From Octopus vulgaris (lineage: Eukaryota): 64,000 nt of DNA. The DNA is taken from assembly GCA_951406725.2 (NCBI GenBank), contig OX597815.1, forward strand, positions 110,174,001 through 110,238,000, read 5' to 3'. A model generated the notes under the pieces. The model did not search any database. It was given only the letters and a program-made list of their open reading frames with translations, and was not told the DNA's origin. Below, piece after piece: positions 12,602 to 25,821 of the stretch. Position numbers and translations under genes: made by a program. Position 1 is the stretch's first letter, and each line of letters begins with the position of its first letter.

Positions 12602-12811
12602 TGTTATTCTTTTATCTGTTTCAGTTACTTGACTGCGGTCATGCTGGAACACCGTCTCTTTAGTCGAACATGTCGATCCCAGGACTTATTCTTTGTAAGC
12701 CTAGTACTTATTCTGTCGGATTCTTTTGCCGAGCTGCTAAGTTACGGGGGATATAAACACACCAACATCGGTTGTTAAGCGATGATTGGGAGTCAAACAC
12801 ACAGACACACT

Positions 12812-12864
<53 letters not shown>

Positions 12865-12990
12865 GACAGGTTTCTTTCAGTTTCCGTCTACTAACTCCAC
12901 TCACAAAGCTTTGGTCGGCCCGAGGCTATAGAAGAGGTCATTTGCTCATGGTGCCACGCAGTGGGACTGAAGCTACTTACCACACAGCCT
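12601..12990 (-). mobile_element. SINE family B
   Basis: Similar to 3863-4266, with a deletion in the head. Confidence 0.9.
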
Positions 12991-13069
12991 CTCTTATACA
13001 TACATAAATACATACATAAATACATATGCATATATATATATGTATACACATACACACACACATATATAT

Positions 13070-13140
<71 letters not shown>

Positions 13141-13606
13141 TATATTTACACATTTACGATATATAGGCATACAAGTGATAATCTACGCTTCTCTTATGTT
13201 TCTGATTAATCTTAAATTTTCTATTATTTTATCCTGTTTTCTACGATCATACGTTTCTCTTTCTTCATCTTCTTTATCCTACTCATCTATATTTTTTAAA
13301 ACACTATTTCAAAAAAAAAAAAAAAAGAAAGAAAATGAATAGATAAATAAATAAAATAAAAAGAACAGAAAAATCTGTTTCTGTGTTACGTTAAAGAGAG
13401 GCTTGTACAATGGTGGGGGTTCTCGTAGTTTATTAGTCGGATGTGTCAACTATACAGAATCACCGCCCTTGTCCTAAAAAGTCTTTTGTAAACACAGCAC
13501 TTGGCTGTAGAAGGCCGGCGCTGTTATTATACAAAGAACAGTGCACGACAAACCACAATGTCAAGAGCATTTGGACCATAAGTGTCCTTTTAAAGAGTCG
13601 AATGAA

Positions 13607-13637
<31 letters not shown>

Positions 13638-14187
13638 TGTGTGTGTGTGTGAGTGTGTGCTTGTGTACGAGAGAGAGAGAGAGGGGGGGAGTGACAAAAG
13701 GAGAGAAATGCAGAAAGAGTGAAGGAGAAATAACAAACGAGGGGGAACAACATCTAAGCGAAACTCGAGGGTCCTTTTTATTGAATAAGATTTAATGCAT
13801 TTAAAATATCATAGGCTATACTTGTCTTTTCACTCTCTTATATACAAATAAATGCATAACTTGAAAGAAGGTGAAGATAACAATCATAAATGCTTAATTC
13901 ATTTAGTGCAAACATTGAAATAATTGTTACAAGATATGCATTTAAATAAATGTATAATCATATTCATTAAAATAGCAAAACATCTTCGCACAACTCATTT
14001 TTACATATATATTTCCAAGGAATTACAAGTTTATGTGTGTGTGTTCGTGCGTACGTGCGAGCGATTTTCTGTGTGAACCCGTGTGTATCAGTGTTCGTGC
14101 GCTGTGCGTGCGTGTTTGTATCGTAGGTGTATCTGTGTGTAGGTCTGCGTGAACAGGCTCCATTCTTCACATGGATGCACCGTTAAG

Positions 14188-14238
<51 letters not shown>

Positions 14239-14650
14239 GTATGTATCTATATTCCTTCTTCCCTTCTTTCCTGAGCGTCCAATAATACTTTATTTGTTCC
14301 ACGTCCTTGCGTTGTTGTTTTTTGTTTTTGTTTTCTTGTTTGGATTAACTTTACATATATATTTATATATATATGTATATAGATGTATATGCATGTATTT
14401 ACGTACGTTTGTGTGTGTATATATATATATAAATATATATATACATATATACATATATATATATATACATATTTATGGATATGTACGTATGTAAATATAT
14501 ATATATATATATACACATATTTATATATACATATATGTATATACGAATATATATATAATTATATGTATACGCACATACATAAACGCACACACAACACACA
14601 CATACAGACACACAGATATACATATATATATATATATACGCACGCACACA

Positions 14651-14723
<73 letters not shown>

Positions 14724-15281
14724 GCACACACATTTGGCATGAATGTGGAAATATCAAGATCCACGCAATATGTATATATTTATGTATAAATATATATACT
14801 TTATTAAAAAGCAGCAAAAATATCACAATAACTGTTATTCAGAGTTTCACCTTTCCGTTCGTCGGACAGTTTTGTTCAGAATGGAACAAAAATAAGGTGA
14901 TAAGCAAATGTATACGATTAGTTTAATGGATACACATTTGAAAACGGTTTTGTTTCATTGGTCCTTTCAACTAACGGTCTTTATAATGACTGGTTGCGTG
15001 CAATGAACAAAATTCGGTATAAAATCATCTTATAAGGTCGAAAACCTTAAATCAAAAATAACGTATAAAGAAGGACAGAGTCTAAGTATTTGTAAAATAT
15101 TAATCAGTTAATATATTAAAAGTTATATCCGTTTAAAACAAAAATGTTCACGTTGGATTACATATACATTTAGTAGTACATGCACATACCAAAACATCTA
15201 TAATATACATATATACACTAAAACATATAAATACATGTACCTAGCTGCATACATATACAAAACATGAATATATACATAGAA

Positions 15282-15340
<59 letters not shown>

Positions 15341-15354
15341 TATATATATAAATT

Positions 15355-15470
15355 GGCCTGCTCGCTTAGCAAGCAGGGTGGCGTTATTTGAAGGCTAAAA
15401 CAATGCGAAGCACATTGTGACCAACGATGTGTAGTAACATCTGATAGCCTGGTCGGTCACGATGATTACG

Positions 15471-15478
<8 letters not shown>
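15355..15478 (+). mobile_element. Tail-only fragment matching the SINE family A type-4 tail
   Basis: GGCCTGCTCGCTTAGC...GGTCGGTCACG matches 62099-62222. Confidence 0.8.
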
Positions 15479-15508
<30 letters not shown>

Positions 15509-15872
15509 TACAAGGGCATAAAATCTCCTGGCGTACGCTTATACAAGTTACAGGCGAAAGGAAAAATCAGTAAATATTAAGTATGGGGAGGAGGAAGAAA
15601 ACAGTGGAGAAGAAGAAAAAGAAAAGAAAGGAAAGAGAAACAGAGAGCTAGCGAGAGAAAAGGGGAAAATAGAGTGGGGCAGAGAGAACTACATATGACG
15701 TTCGAAAGTAACCAACAACGTTTGGATACTTCATATAGCTTGTGCAACGAACACTTAAAAACCCACATATAAAATTACATGCATATCTACATAAGTATAA
15801 ATATAATAAAATAGGGTAATAATAAATTATTATTACCAGTGGCCTAGCACAAAAAACGAATTAGTCATTAGA

Positions 15873-16071
15873 CTATATATTATTCATATAGAAATACAAT
15901 AAGAGGCTTCCAAATATGAAAGCCTTGTGCTACAACACAAAAAAGGGATAAATTCACGAAAGGAATGAAAATTAAAAACATTTCGTGAATTTATCCCTTT
16001 TTTGTGTTCTAGCACAACGCTTTCCTATTTGGAAGCCTCTTAGTGTATTTCTATAAGTATAAATATACATA
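15873..16071. repeat. Near-perfect fold-back, about 85-bp arms
   Basis: TAAGAGGCTTCCAAATATGAAAGCCTTGTGCTACAACACAAAAAAGGGATAAATTCACGAAA is mirrored at 15980-16042. Confidence 0.85.
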
Positions 16072-16763
16072 GAAATATACAATCATATGCATACGCAATC
16101 AAATATACAAAAATACAAAAATATGTACGCAAATACATGCTCACATATATAGACACATTTTTATATGTATGTATATATATATATGTATATATACATATAT
16201 ATTTACACACACATACATACACGCATATGTATACGTACACACACATACATGCATATACATACATATACATACATATAAATACCTACAATTCATACATACA
16301 CGTAAATATATAGAGACATATCTACATCATAACGTATATATGCAAACATTTTTTTAAAATACCTGTTTGGTGTGTATAATATTAAAATATAAAATAAGGA
16401 AATTGTATATTTATTTGATGTTACATAATTAAATACGTGAGAAAAATAAAAATAAAGATAGAAATTAAAATAATAAAAATAAACCTCGGTTATGCTGAAA
16501 ATTATACTTAAAATTAAATTTATAAAAAATGTTATGCTTAAGGTTTTCTTTAAAAGGTTTCCTTAAAAATAAAGTCGCAATATACATTAGTGTTGCGATG
16601 CAAAATAACTATACTGTGTAAAGTCACATTCAAATGCAACAGTCAAAAAATATATTTCGAAAGTCAAAACATTTTACCCATACGGTATTTTGTCGATTGA
16701 CATTTTAAATTTTCTGGCGTGCCTGCAGGAATTTAAGAGCTCGCGTTGCTAGTTCAAAGGGAT

Positions 16764-16876
16764 TTTATCCTGGAACAAGATGAAGAATTTCTCTGAGAGG
16801 CAAAGATTACATTTCATAGATCTTTGATAAGGTCCTGCCTCTCAGAGAAGTTTTTCACCTTGTTCCAAGATAAAAA
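16764..16876. repeat. Inverted repeat, 40-bp arms
   Basis: TTTTATCCTGGAACAAGATGAAGAATTTCTCTGAGAGGCA versus the reverse complement of 16836-16876. Confidence 0.8.
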
Positions 16877-16974
16877 CGTTTTTATATGCTCGTTGCGCAA
16901 GCTATATAAAGTATCCAATCGTTGTTGGTTACTTTCGAGTGTTATATGAAGCATTCTATGCCCCTATCTATTCT

Positions 16975-17160
16975 AATGCAGCGCTACGCGAGTTTCCACA
17001 TATCACATGCCTCTTCCTGGGATGGTTACACTGTAGTCCGTTGTATCAGTGGTATTTGATGCTCACGGATACTACGGACTACACTGTGATCATCTCAGGA
17101 ATAGGGACTGTGATCTGAAGAGATATGTGATTTGTGGAAACGCGCGTAGCGATACAGTAA
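16975..17160. mobile_element. Palindromic MITE-like element
   Basis: Outer arms CGCTACGCGAGTTTCCACATATCACAT/ATGTGATTTGTGGAAACGCGCGTAGCG; inner arms TGTAGTCCGTTGTATC/GATACTACGGACTACA. Confidence 0.7.
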
Positions 17161-17589
17161 GATATCTATAAACCCAATCCAATGATTATTGTTATTATTC
17201 CTATATTTATCCTACATTATATCGGCACAACTCGGTGCAACTCCACCAAAACTAGTTCACCAGTAAGTATCATTAGACTGTAGCCGGCATAATGGAATAG
17301 GAGCCTTATTTGCATATTCACTAAGTAGTATTTCTTACAACTTTACGTTATGAGATTAAATTCGGTCGAGGTTGGTTTTGTGTTTCATCTTAGCGAGGTT
17401 TCGATGAAGTAAGTACAATTTGAACCTTGGGGTCGATGCACATGACTTGCTCTCAATCCGCCAACTCCGAGAATGCTAACTTTCTGCAAAAATTGTAAAC
17501 TAATGTCATTCATTAGTTCTATTTTGTTACGTGCTCTCATTTTACTGCAGAGCGCAGCTCTACGTACCTTGGGTATGTGCTGTGGTTTG

Positions 17590-18180
17590 TTTCCGTGTTG
17601 CTATTATGACTGTATTGCAAGTTCTTGGCATAGAAAATGTGCTGTGCTGGGCAGTGCTGTTTTCAGTATGTCATATATATATTCTTGGATCCTGGTGTTT
17701 TCATGTATTTGTCTGTATTTTCTTTTTAGCCATACTTAACACACTTCTTATTATAAGGATTATTTCTATCTCCATGCCTCACATTCAGCTTTTCTCTATT
17801 TCAAGATCTTTGTCTTTTGTATTTTGAGAATTTCTCTTTGTCTTTCAAATACATTGTCATCTGCTGGGACTGTTATTTCATTTAGCAGGCAACCATTTTC
17901 TTGCTGGGCTCTGTTAACAGTATCTGACTTTTTAGCCTTGATCTCTCTGTGTGTATTGGTAATTCCCAGAGTACGATTGCTTTTTCATTTTTTGGAACCT
18001 GGAGTATGCCTATTCTATGCCTTTTCTTGTTGTCATTCTGTAAAGGTGCCGCAGCTTCCAGTGTATGTAAGTCCCAACACTCATGTCAATAGATTCCTTC
18101 TAGGCTAGGTCTGGGCAACCAGACACAATATGATTTACTACTTCTTCCCCACCGCCATATATTCTGCAGTTACTTATTAT
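17590..18180 (-). mobile_element. Degraded REL-endonuclease LINE 3' end (R4/Dong-like)
   Basis: Minus-strand blocks KAIVLWELPIHT, REIKAKKSDTV and CLLNEITVPADDNV. Confidence 0.65.
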
Positions 18181-18263
18181 ATTTGTCTTCAGTTTGTGTT
18201 TTTCGTGGATTCTGGTGGATAGAGTTGATCTTGTGCCACAATTAAAAACACTTTTAGTCTCCG

Positions 18264-18338
<75 letters not shown>

Positions 18339-18339
<1 letters not shown>

Positions 18340-18521
18340 CTTTGTAAGACAGTGTAGGTAAAAGTGCACCGCATTCTTTAGTCATGTTTCAAGTCGCAAC
18401 AAGGACCTCAGTCAGATAATACTTTCCTTAAGATGTGCGCTGTGCCCAATAAGGCTGCTCTTTGCAAGTCATCAATCTTGTCTGGGATTTCCAGTTGCCT
18501 TAGGAAGTCGCATGGGATTTC
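18339..18521 (-). mobile_element. Short R4/Dong-derived 3'-end element inside a (TAA)n array
   Basis: Minus strand encodes EIPCDFLRQLEIPDKIDDLQRAALLGTAHILRKVLS plus a 3' UTR. TTA repeats lie on both sides. Second copy at 19199-19361. Confidence 0.8.
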
Positions 18522-18584
18522 ATTATTATTATAATTACAACAAAAACAACAACAACAATAATAATAATAATGATAATAATAATT

Positions 18585-19198
18585 ATGTCTGGCTTCCTAT
18601 TTTCTATCTCATTGTCGCACTGAATCATAAATTCCCACAAGATCTTTGCATTATCATTTTCGATGTTACCTTCTGTCAAGTCTATACTTGTTGCAAAGTG
18701 TCCAATGGACAAGCCTTGCTATATTATCGTGGGGTCTCTTATATTCCTTCTGGGCTAGTGGCGTACCTTGACTGGTAATATGCCATACGGTTTCATCAAC
18801 ATTCCTATGAAATTGTCCATGCATTCTTTACTTTACCTTCCTATTTTCAGTTTTATTCGTTTTCAATTTCTTGTATAGTGCTTTATCTTTGCAATCTTTC
18901 ATCCTACACAAGCCTGACCTTCTTACTTCTAATAATAGCGCCTCTGTGGAATTTTCTACATACCAATCTATGTTGTTTTCTTCTGCTCTAATGCTGCGTT
19001 CTCATCTAATAAGTCCTCTTCCCTTCTTTTTCTTCATACATACAGTTTGTCTGCGTCACTTTTTGGATGGAGTGACCATATCAAGTTAGCAACTTCCTTG
19101 TCTTTCTGTCTAAGCTGTTTAGTTAGTCTACTCTCCATGCGATTACCCCTGCTCCATATCTAAGGAGTGAAACCGCCCAGGTGTTGACAGCTTTCTTC
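18585..19198 (-). mobile_element. R4/Dong-type LINE fragment (RT thumb to REL)
   Basis: KAVNTWAVSLLRYGAGVIAW..LDRKTRKLLT and ENDNAKILWEFMIQCDNEIENRKPDI. Confidence 0.85.
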
Positions 19199-19359
19199 TT
19201 AACACAGTGTAGGTAAGAATGCACCGGAGTCTTTAGACATCTGTCAAATCACAAGATAATACTTTCGTTAAGATGTGCACTGTGTCCAATAAGGCCGCTT
19301 TTTGCAAGACATCAATCTTGCATGGGGTTTCCAGTTGCATTAAAAAGTCGCATGGGATT

Positions 19360-19361
<2 letters not shown>
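19199..19361 (-). mobile_element. Second short R4/Dong-derived 3'-end element
   Basis: EIPCDFLMQLETPCKIDVLQKAALLDTVHILTKVLS, with the same 5' boundary as 18521. Confidence 0.8.
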
Positions 19362-19432
<71 letters not shown>

Positions 19433-19491
19433 CATTGTTATCATTATCCTCCTCCTCCTCCTCCTCCTCCTCCTCGTTATTATTATTATTA

Positions 19492-19655
19492 TTGAGTGAG
19501 AGAGCAGTGCATGCCATCAAAGTGACACTGGGTTAAAATATACGAAGCCCAGTATACCCATCATGACTACCTGTCTGATAAGGGTACACTAGGTACATGT
19601 ATCACAACTATATGTGTGCGAAATGGTGATCTAATATCAAGATTAGCAGCACATA
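19492..19655 (-). repeat. Interspersed repeat with (AAT)n tail (unclassified retroposon 3' end)
   Basis: Similar to 34898-35060. Both abut (TTA)n at the same end. Confidence 0.7.
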
Positions 19656-19754
19656 ATATGAACTGAGGTAGGAATAAAAGTAATAAAAGTCATTATTGTG
19701 AATTGTTAAAGAGATTCGAAAGCATTCCGGTTTCGTGGATTTACTAATCATTGT

Positions 19755-19803
<49 letters not shown>

Positions 19804-20049
19804 AAAAGGAAGAGTCAAAAGGAAGAGTAAGTACGTTTAGGCAGCTTTTTAATCGGTACAAGTGTTTCGATACATACAGATCCTCGTATATACAGGATTT
19901 AAAGTTGAGTTTAAATTAAATTATGTAACGATTTACCTGTATAAGAAGATCCATATGTATCTCCTCAGGCGATACTCAGTTGCTGTCTCCGTAAGTAAAT
20001 TTAGATTTCCGAGCTACAACATCTATAGCTTCTTCTTTGAACAGACCTC

Positions 20050-20903
20050 GGATCGTTTCCTTTTGAACGGCACTTTTCAACACAATTTCTAGTTAACTAA
20101 ACAATTTTAAACTTCGTATACTGGTAGAATGTGTTTATAAAACATTTTTTCTTGGCTTTATTGAGAAAATTCTATATGTTGTAACCTATTTCGTCCTTAA
20201 TTTCGAGCATTTCGGCAATTTTAACCAATCGATTACCTCCATTTAGGTAAACAACATTCTGTGCATAATGAATATGTCCCTCTTTTAAGAAACAGATTGG
20301 CTTTATTTACATTTGTGAAGAAAAAAGATACCCTTCCCCCACCCCTAACCCTAACTCTAACTTTAACCCTAACTAACCCAAACTCTCACCCTAAATCTAA
20401 AATAGATTGAAATGCAATAGATCGACACTAGGGTTATAATTGTGGGTGACAATTTCATACGACACCGCTACGGAAAATGGGATTTTTTTCTAGCGGTGTC
20501 AAATGAAAATGTCACCCATAATTATGGCCCTAGTATCGATCTATTGCATTTCAATCTATTTTAGATTTAGGGTTAGGGTTAGTTAGGGCTAGTTAGGGTT
20601 AGGGTTAGGGGTTGGGGAAGGGTATCTTTTTTCTTCACAAATGTAAATAAACCCAATCTGTTTCTTAAAAGAGGGACATATTCATTATACACAGAATGTT
20701 GTTTCCCTAAATGGAGGTAATCGATTGGTTAAAATTGCCAAAATGCTCGAAATTAAAGACGAAATAGGTTACAACATATAGAATTTTCTCAATAAAGCCA
20801 AGAAAAAATGTTTTATAAACACATTCTACCAGTATACGAAGTTTAAAAGTGTTTAGTTACCTAGAAATTATGTTACAAAGTGCTGTTCAAAAGGAATAGA
20901 TCC
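20050..20903. mobile_element. 854-bp palindromic non-autonomous DNA transposon containing telomere-like repeats
   Basis: About 420-bp highly similar inverted arms, termini GGATC...GATCC, (CCCTAA)-like tract at 20342-20400 and (TTAGGG)-like tract at 20566-20612. Flanks CAGACCTC/CGCACCTC match at 6 of 8. Confidence 0.85.
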
Positions 20904-20917
20904 CGCACCTCAACTGG

Positions 20918-20968
<51 letters not shown>

Positions 20969-21789
20969 CAAATTTGGGACTTTACCAATAGAACCGCAAA
21001 TCCCAAATTTATAATAATATTATAAATGATACTGTTTACATTGCATCAGTAAAATGTAAAATAGTAAATGTCCTGATAACCTGGAATACTTATTCCCTAA
21101 GATTTAAAAAACATGTGTATGTGTATATATATAACATGTACACAAGGCACGTGTTTTGCCAGTTCTTTAGAAGGCTTTGATTTATAGCCGTAAGAAAATA
21201 GACTCTCATCAATTCGCCTGGTATTAAAACAACTAGAAATCATACAAGAGTGGATAAGCTATATTGACAAGTCATAAAAATAGCTGCTTCTGTAATGGGA
21301 CCAGATGCGAGTTATGCCGCTTGTCTATGACTTGAAGATGTCTTAACACCGGGCGAACTGATAAAAATATATTCTCGTATGCCTATAAATTGCAGCCTGC
21401 CTATGAACTGACAAAAAACATAGGTTGTGTATGTGTGTTCGATATTGTTTATATCCTTCGGCTGCTTCTCATTCATATTTGAATTTTTCCGTAGTACGAA
21501 ACATTGGGACACTCCAGCACACGGTTCTTACACCATTTTGTATATAGTCATAGACAGCAATTTTGCTTGCATCTGGCCTCGTATCAAGTATGCGGTATTT
21601 ACACTAATGTCTGCCGCACCTGTAACGGTACCGGATGCGAATTAACACCAGGCGAATTGGTAATAATATATTCTCTTGCCTGCATATGAATTTATATTGG
21701 AAGGAAGAGGAGTGAAAAAGCAGCGAGAGTGTATAGGAAGATTTATTAATATCAATATTAATAAATATAATTGGTTTCACTTTTGATAG

Positions 21790-21958
21790 ATTTTCGAAAG
21801 CTTTAGATTTCAAGGACGTGGAGCTCTGTAGTAAAAAATAACATTTCCAGCCGACCTGCAAAAATTCTTTCATTTTTATAAAAAGAAAAAAAAAATCCTA
21901 GAACAACATTTTCTTTGCTACACTGTTCCACGTCCCTTAAATCTTACACTTTTAAAAA
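21790..21958. repeat. Degenerate inverted repeat or MITE
   Basis: AGATTTCAAGGACGTGGAGCTCTGTAGTAAA versus the reverse complement of TTTGCTACACTGTTCCACGTCCCTTAAATCT. Confidence 0.6.
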
Positions 21959-22289
21959 ATCATATAATTATGAAAATTAATTAACAATTACTAATATAAA
22001 GAACTTTCTCATACACTCTCATTACAATTTCAACTTTTTTTTTATTTCCTTTAAACTTCTACTTGTGTGGACAATTAGTATTGTATACATACATACATAC
22101 ATACATACATACACACATACATACATACATACATACATACATACATACATACATACATACATACATACATACATACATACGCACGCATATACATACACAT
22201 TTATCTATATAGCGATATATATACATGCACACACACATTCTAACTCTCAGAGAGAGAGAGAGAGAGAGGGGGAGAGAGAGAAAGAGTGT

Positions 22290-22344
<55 letters not shown>

Positions 22345-22456
22345 GCTCACTCACACGAAGTACTGGGGATATTTCAAACCACACTAACTTAGTCCGATTA
22401 CATTTCCCATTCTCATCGGTCTTCCATATTAATAGGTGTGCCTACAGGGTGTGACA

Positions 22457-22553
<97 letters not shown>

Positions 22554-22875
22554 GAGAAGGGGAGAGAGAAAGATAAAACGCGGGAGAGAGCGAGAGAGCG
22601 AGATTGGGGAAAACATCAGATATTCGTACATGCTCAGTTCATCTGTATGTATGTTGCAACACAGTGTTTGAGAGGTTTGCATAAATTAAAGTGAGACTAC
22701 TGAAAGTAATAAAGTAAGCAGAAGACTTGTCAACATCTTTCTTCTTACGATTCTTCTCACCTCCACCCTTGCTACTAATACGAGGATTTCACTACCGTCG
22801 GCAGTATACAACCTGTGACGGCATCATCTTACATGTCTTTTCAAATCTCTTTTTGGTTATCCCGAGGCATCATGA

Positions 22876-22916
<41 letters not shown>

Positions 22917-24129
22917 TCACGCACTCTCTCTTTCTCTCTTTCTTTCTGTCATCATTCTTCAATGAGGAACTGCGATCTCTTGACCTTCTGACATATGACC
23001 TTAGCATGCACCTTTAGCTTCAAGTACATTACTAAAACATTAAGTAAAACTTCTGACCTATTAAGACATGTACTCAATCCTCTGTCTAAATAAAGAAGGA
23101 ATACATCAACAAGTCTGACAACAGCTATATCACACATTTGGGCCCCACTCCTTTTCTCATTCTATGGTTCTTTGTCTTTCTCTCGTCCAAGCAACTTTCC
23201 CTTTTTACATTTCCTCACTACGCACACATACAGATACACACACTCTCTCTATATATGTGTATATGTGTCTTCGTCTGTGCGTATGTGTGTTTTGACATGT
23301 GTGTATGTGTGTGTGCGCGCGTGTGTGTGTATATATTCAGTTTGGATTTCCCTTTTCTCTTCATTTTTTTACAAACTTTTTGTCATAGTTATACTTAATT
23401 TTTAATTAGTTATATAGAACTACCAAGAATAGCTAATCGAATGTATATCCAATGTAGCATAGGCATTTCTATTTTGAACATAATTCGTAACTTGATACAC
23501 ACTCATATATATAGTCATATATACATATAGATGCATATATATCTTCATATACATATACATACACGCCCGCTTACATATATGAATTTATGCATGCAAGTAC
23601 GTATGTATGTATACATGTATGTATGCATGTATGTATGTATGCACACACACACACACACACAATATTGTATTTGATTTGAAGACGCATTATTTAAGTGCTC
23701 GATTTACACGTATGTTATCTATGGGTAAGGTTTGTTTTAATGTTATACTATTGAGGTTTACAGAGAAAATCATATAAATAAGGAAAAGAATATAAAATAT
23801 ATGCATATGTGTGTTACAAATAATTAATGATGATGCAGCTCTTTCTGCTACAAGAGAACATTTATCCGGAAAAATGCGAGAAATGATCCTAAAGTTCTAA
23901 GGTCATCTTGAACACAAAAGCAAGTGCTCTCCTCAGCTGTTCTCCGATCTACAAGCACAAAATTAGAAATTAGTGCGGCCTTGTCAGCTCTTGCCCTTTT
24001 GCTCATATTTCAATGTAATAAATTAAATGGAGCAGAGCATCACCCTCTCTTTTCTGAATTTTCTCAACAAATCAAACTTTAAATATTCGATGAGAGCAAA
24101 GCCAAAGAAAAAAATGCATATTCCTAGAA

Positions 24130-25050
24130 CTTCTAGACAAACATACACTTCTACACTCGCAGGCAAGTAATCCCACTTTACCTGGTGATTTTCCTCTGCC
24201 CTATGAGCTCTCTTTTGTCCCATGCATTAAATTTGTCCCATCTTTTTGTGCTGTAGTTGCCAATTTGCCAAATTGCCAAATTGAGGACTTTGACAGACTT
24301 GTTCATCGATCTTCTGGTTCTTCCAATATGTTACCGATTCCTGCAAAGCTTTCTGGAGCTGCCACTTCCTGCTGCTCTGTATAGACTTATTTGTATGTTT
24401 AGCTTTCTCAATGCTCCCACTGCTTTTATCTCAATAATCTTTAGCTCTTCCGATACAGATGAAACTGGTAAACAGAATTGAGATGTTTTATTGTATAGGT
24501 TTACTGAGTTGAAATTTGGGTAAACGCCCAGCCACCTTCGAAAGAATTTACTGCATATTCTCTATATAAAGCAAGAATTGTTAATGCAATTTAAGTATGT
24601 TACTGTACAGGAACCACCAAAATTTAACCTTTCAACTGTCCTGGAGCAGTTTTTTAGCCAGGGATTAGTTTATTTGGTATTTCAGGACACATTTATAACT
24701 CCCTCCAATCCACTGGATTCTTTTCTCCCAGAATTGTAGAAATGGCAGACCATTGAATGCTGACGTTATTATTGGTCAATCCTCTTTCCAGGATCATTAA
24801 CCTCTCAGATTTTTCTGATCTGAATTTCATAACGACATGCTATCCCAACGGCCATCACTTTAAAACTAGCTGAGGGTCCACCGTATCCCTTATATTCATA
24901 GTGTTACTGTTATGTCATTGATGAAAGTCCTGCACACTGGATACCTCGTATTGCCATCAGATTGTGGTCCCCTGAACAGATATTGCCAGTATTCGGATCG
25001 TGGTCAACACAAATCAGACCACGAATATGGTGCAACATGTTATAATGCTC
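24130..25050 (-). mobile_element. Degraded Hero-type (R2-group) non-LTR retrotransposon, RT region
   Basis: Minus-strand blocks PVCRTFINDITVT (cf. RAFMDDLTVT), MKFRSEKS, RRWLGVYPNFNSVNLYNKTSQFCLPVSSVSEELK and AWDKRELIGQRKIT. Confidence 0.7.
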
Positions 25051-25497
25051 TTTTAAAATCTCTGCTATTTGGTGGTAAATTTTAGCGAAGTAAGGCTCAT
25101 CAAATGTATATATTTAGGTACATGCAAGAAAAAGACTATACAAAGTAAGTATTGGGGCTTATATATTTGGAAGCAGTTGAAAATTAACAACGTGTCTCAG
25201 ATTTTTGAAAGAACATACGGCGTAGTCTGAGTAATCACAGTGGGAATTTTTAGCGGTCATCCTACGTATATTTAAGTGTGTGTGTATGTGTATGTGTGTG
25301 TGTGTGTCTGTGTGTGAATGTATGTGTGTGCGAGAGAGAGAGGAGGAAGGAGGGAGACGGTGAGCGTGCACACTTGTGTTTGGTATGTGTGTGTCTTGCC
25401 ATGTATATACTTAATAGCTTCAGTATTTATGCATTTGTAATAAGGTTAACATGTCGGCAGACACATACATATACATGCATACGTACGTATATTGTCA

Positions 25498-25533
<36 letters not shown>

Positions 25534-25655
25534 CCTCTTTGAATATATATATATATATGTATATATGTTTGTATGTATGTATATCTTCATATTTGACAAT
25601 CAAATTTCGCCTGCGTTTATCACTTTCTACTTTCTCTTACACACATATTCATTCA

Positions 25656-25723
<68 letters not shown>

Positions 25724-25728
25724 GTGTA

Positions 25729-25821
<93 letters not shown>

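Noticed and set aside
20342-20612. Telomere fusion site
   Set aside because: The orientation is opposite to an end-to-end fusion, and the repeats lie inside longer inverted arms.
21193-21676. Three ~35-bp repeats (one inverted) resembling a spaced array
   Set aside because: Degenerate, mixed orientation and irregular spacing in eukaryotic DNA. Probably MITE debris, not CRISPR-like.
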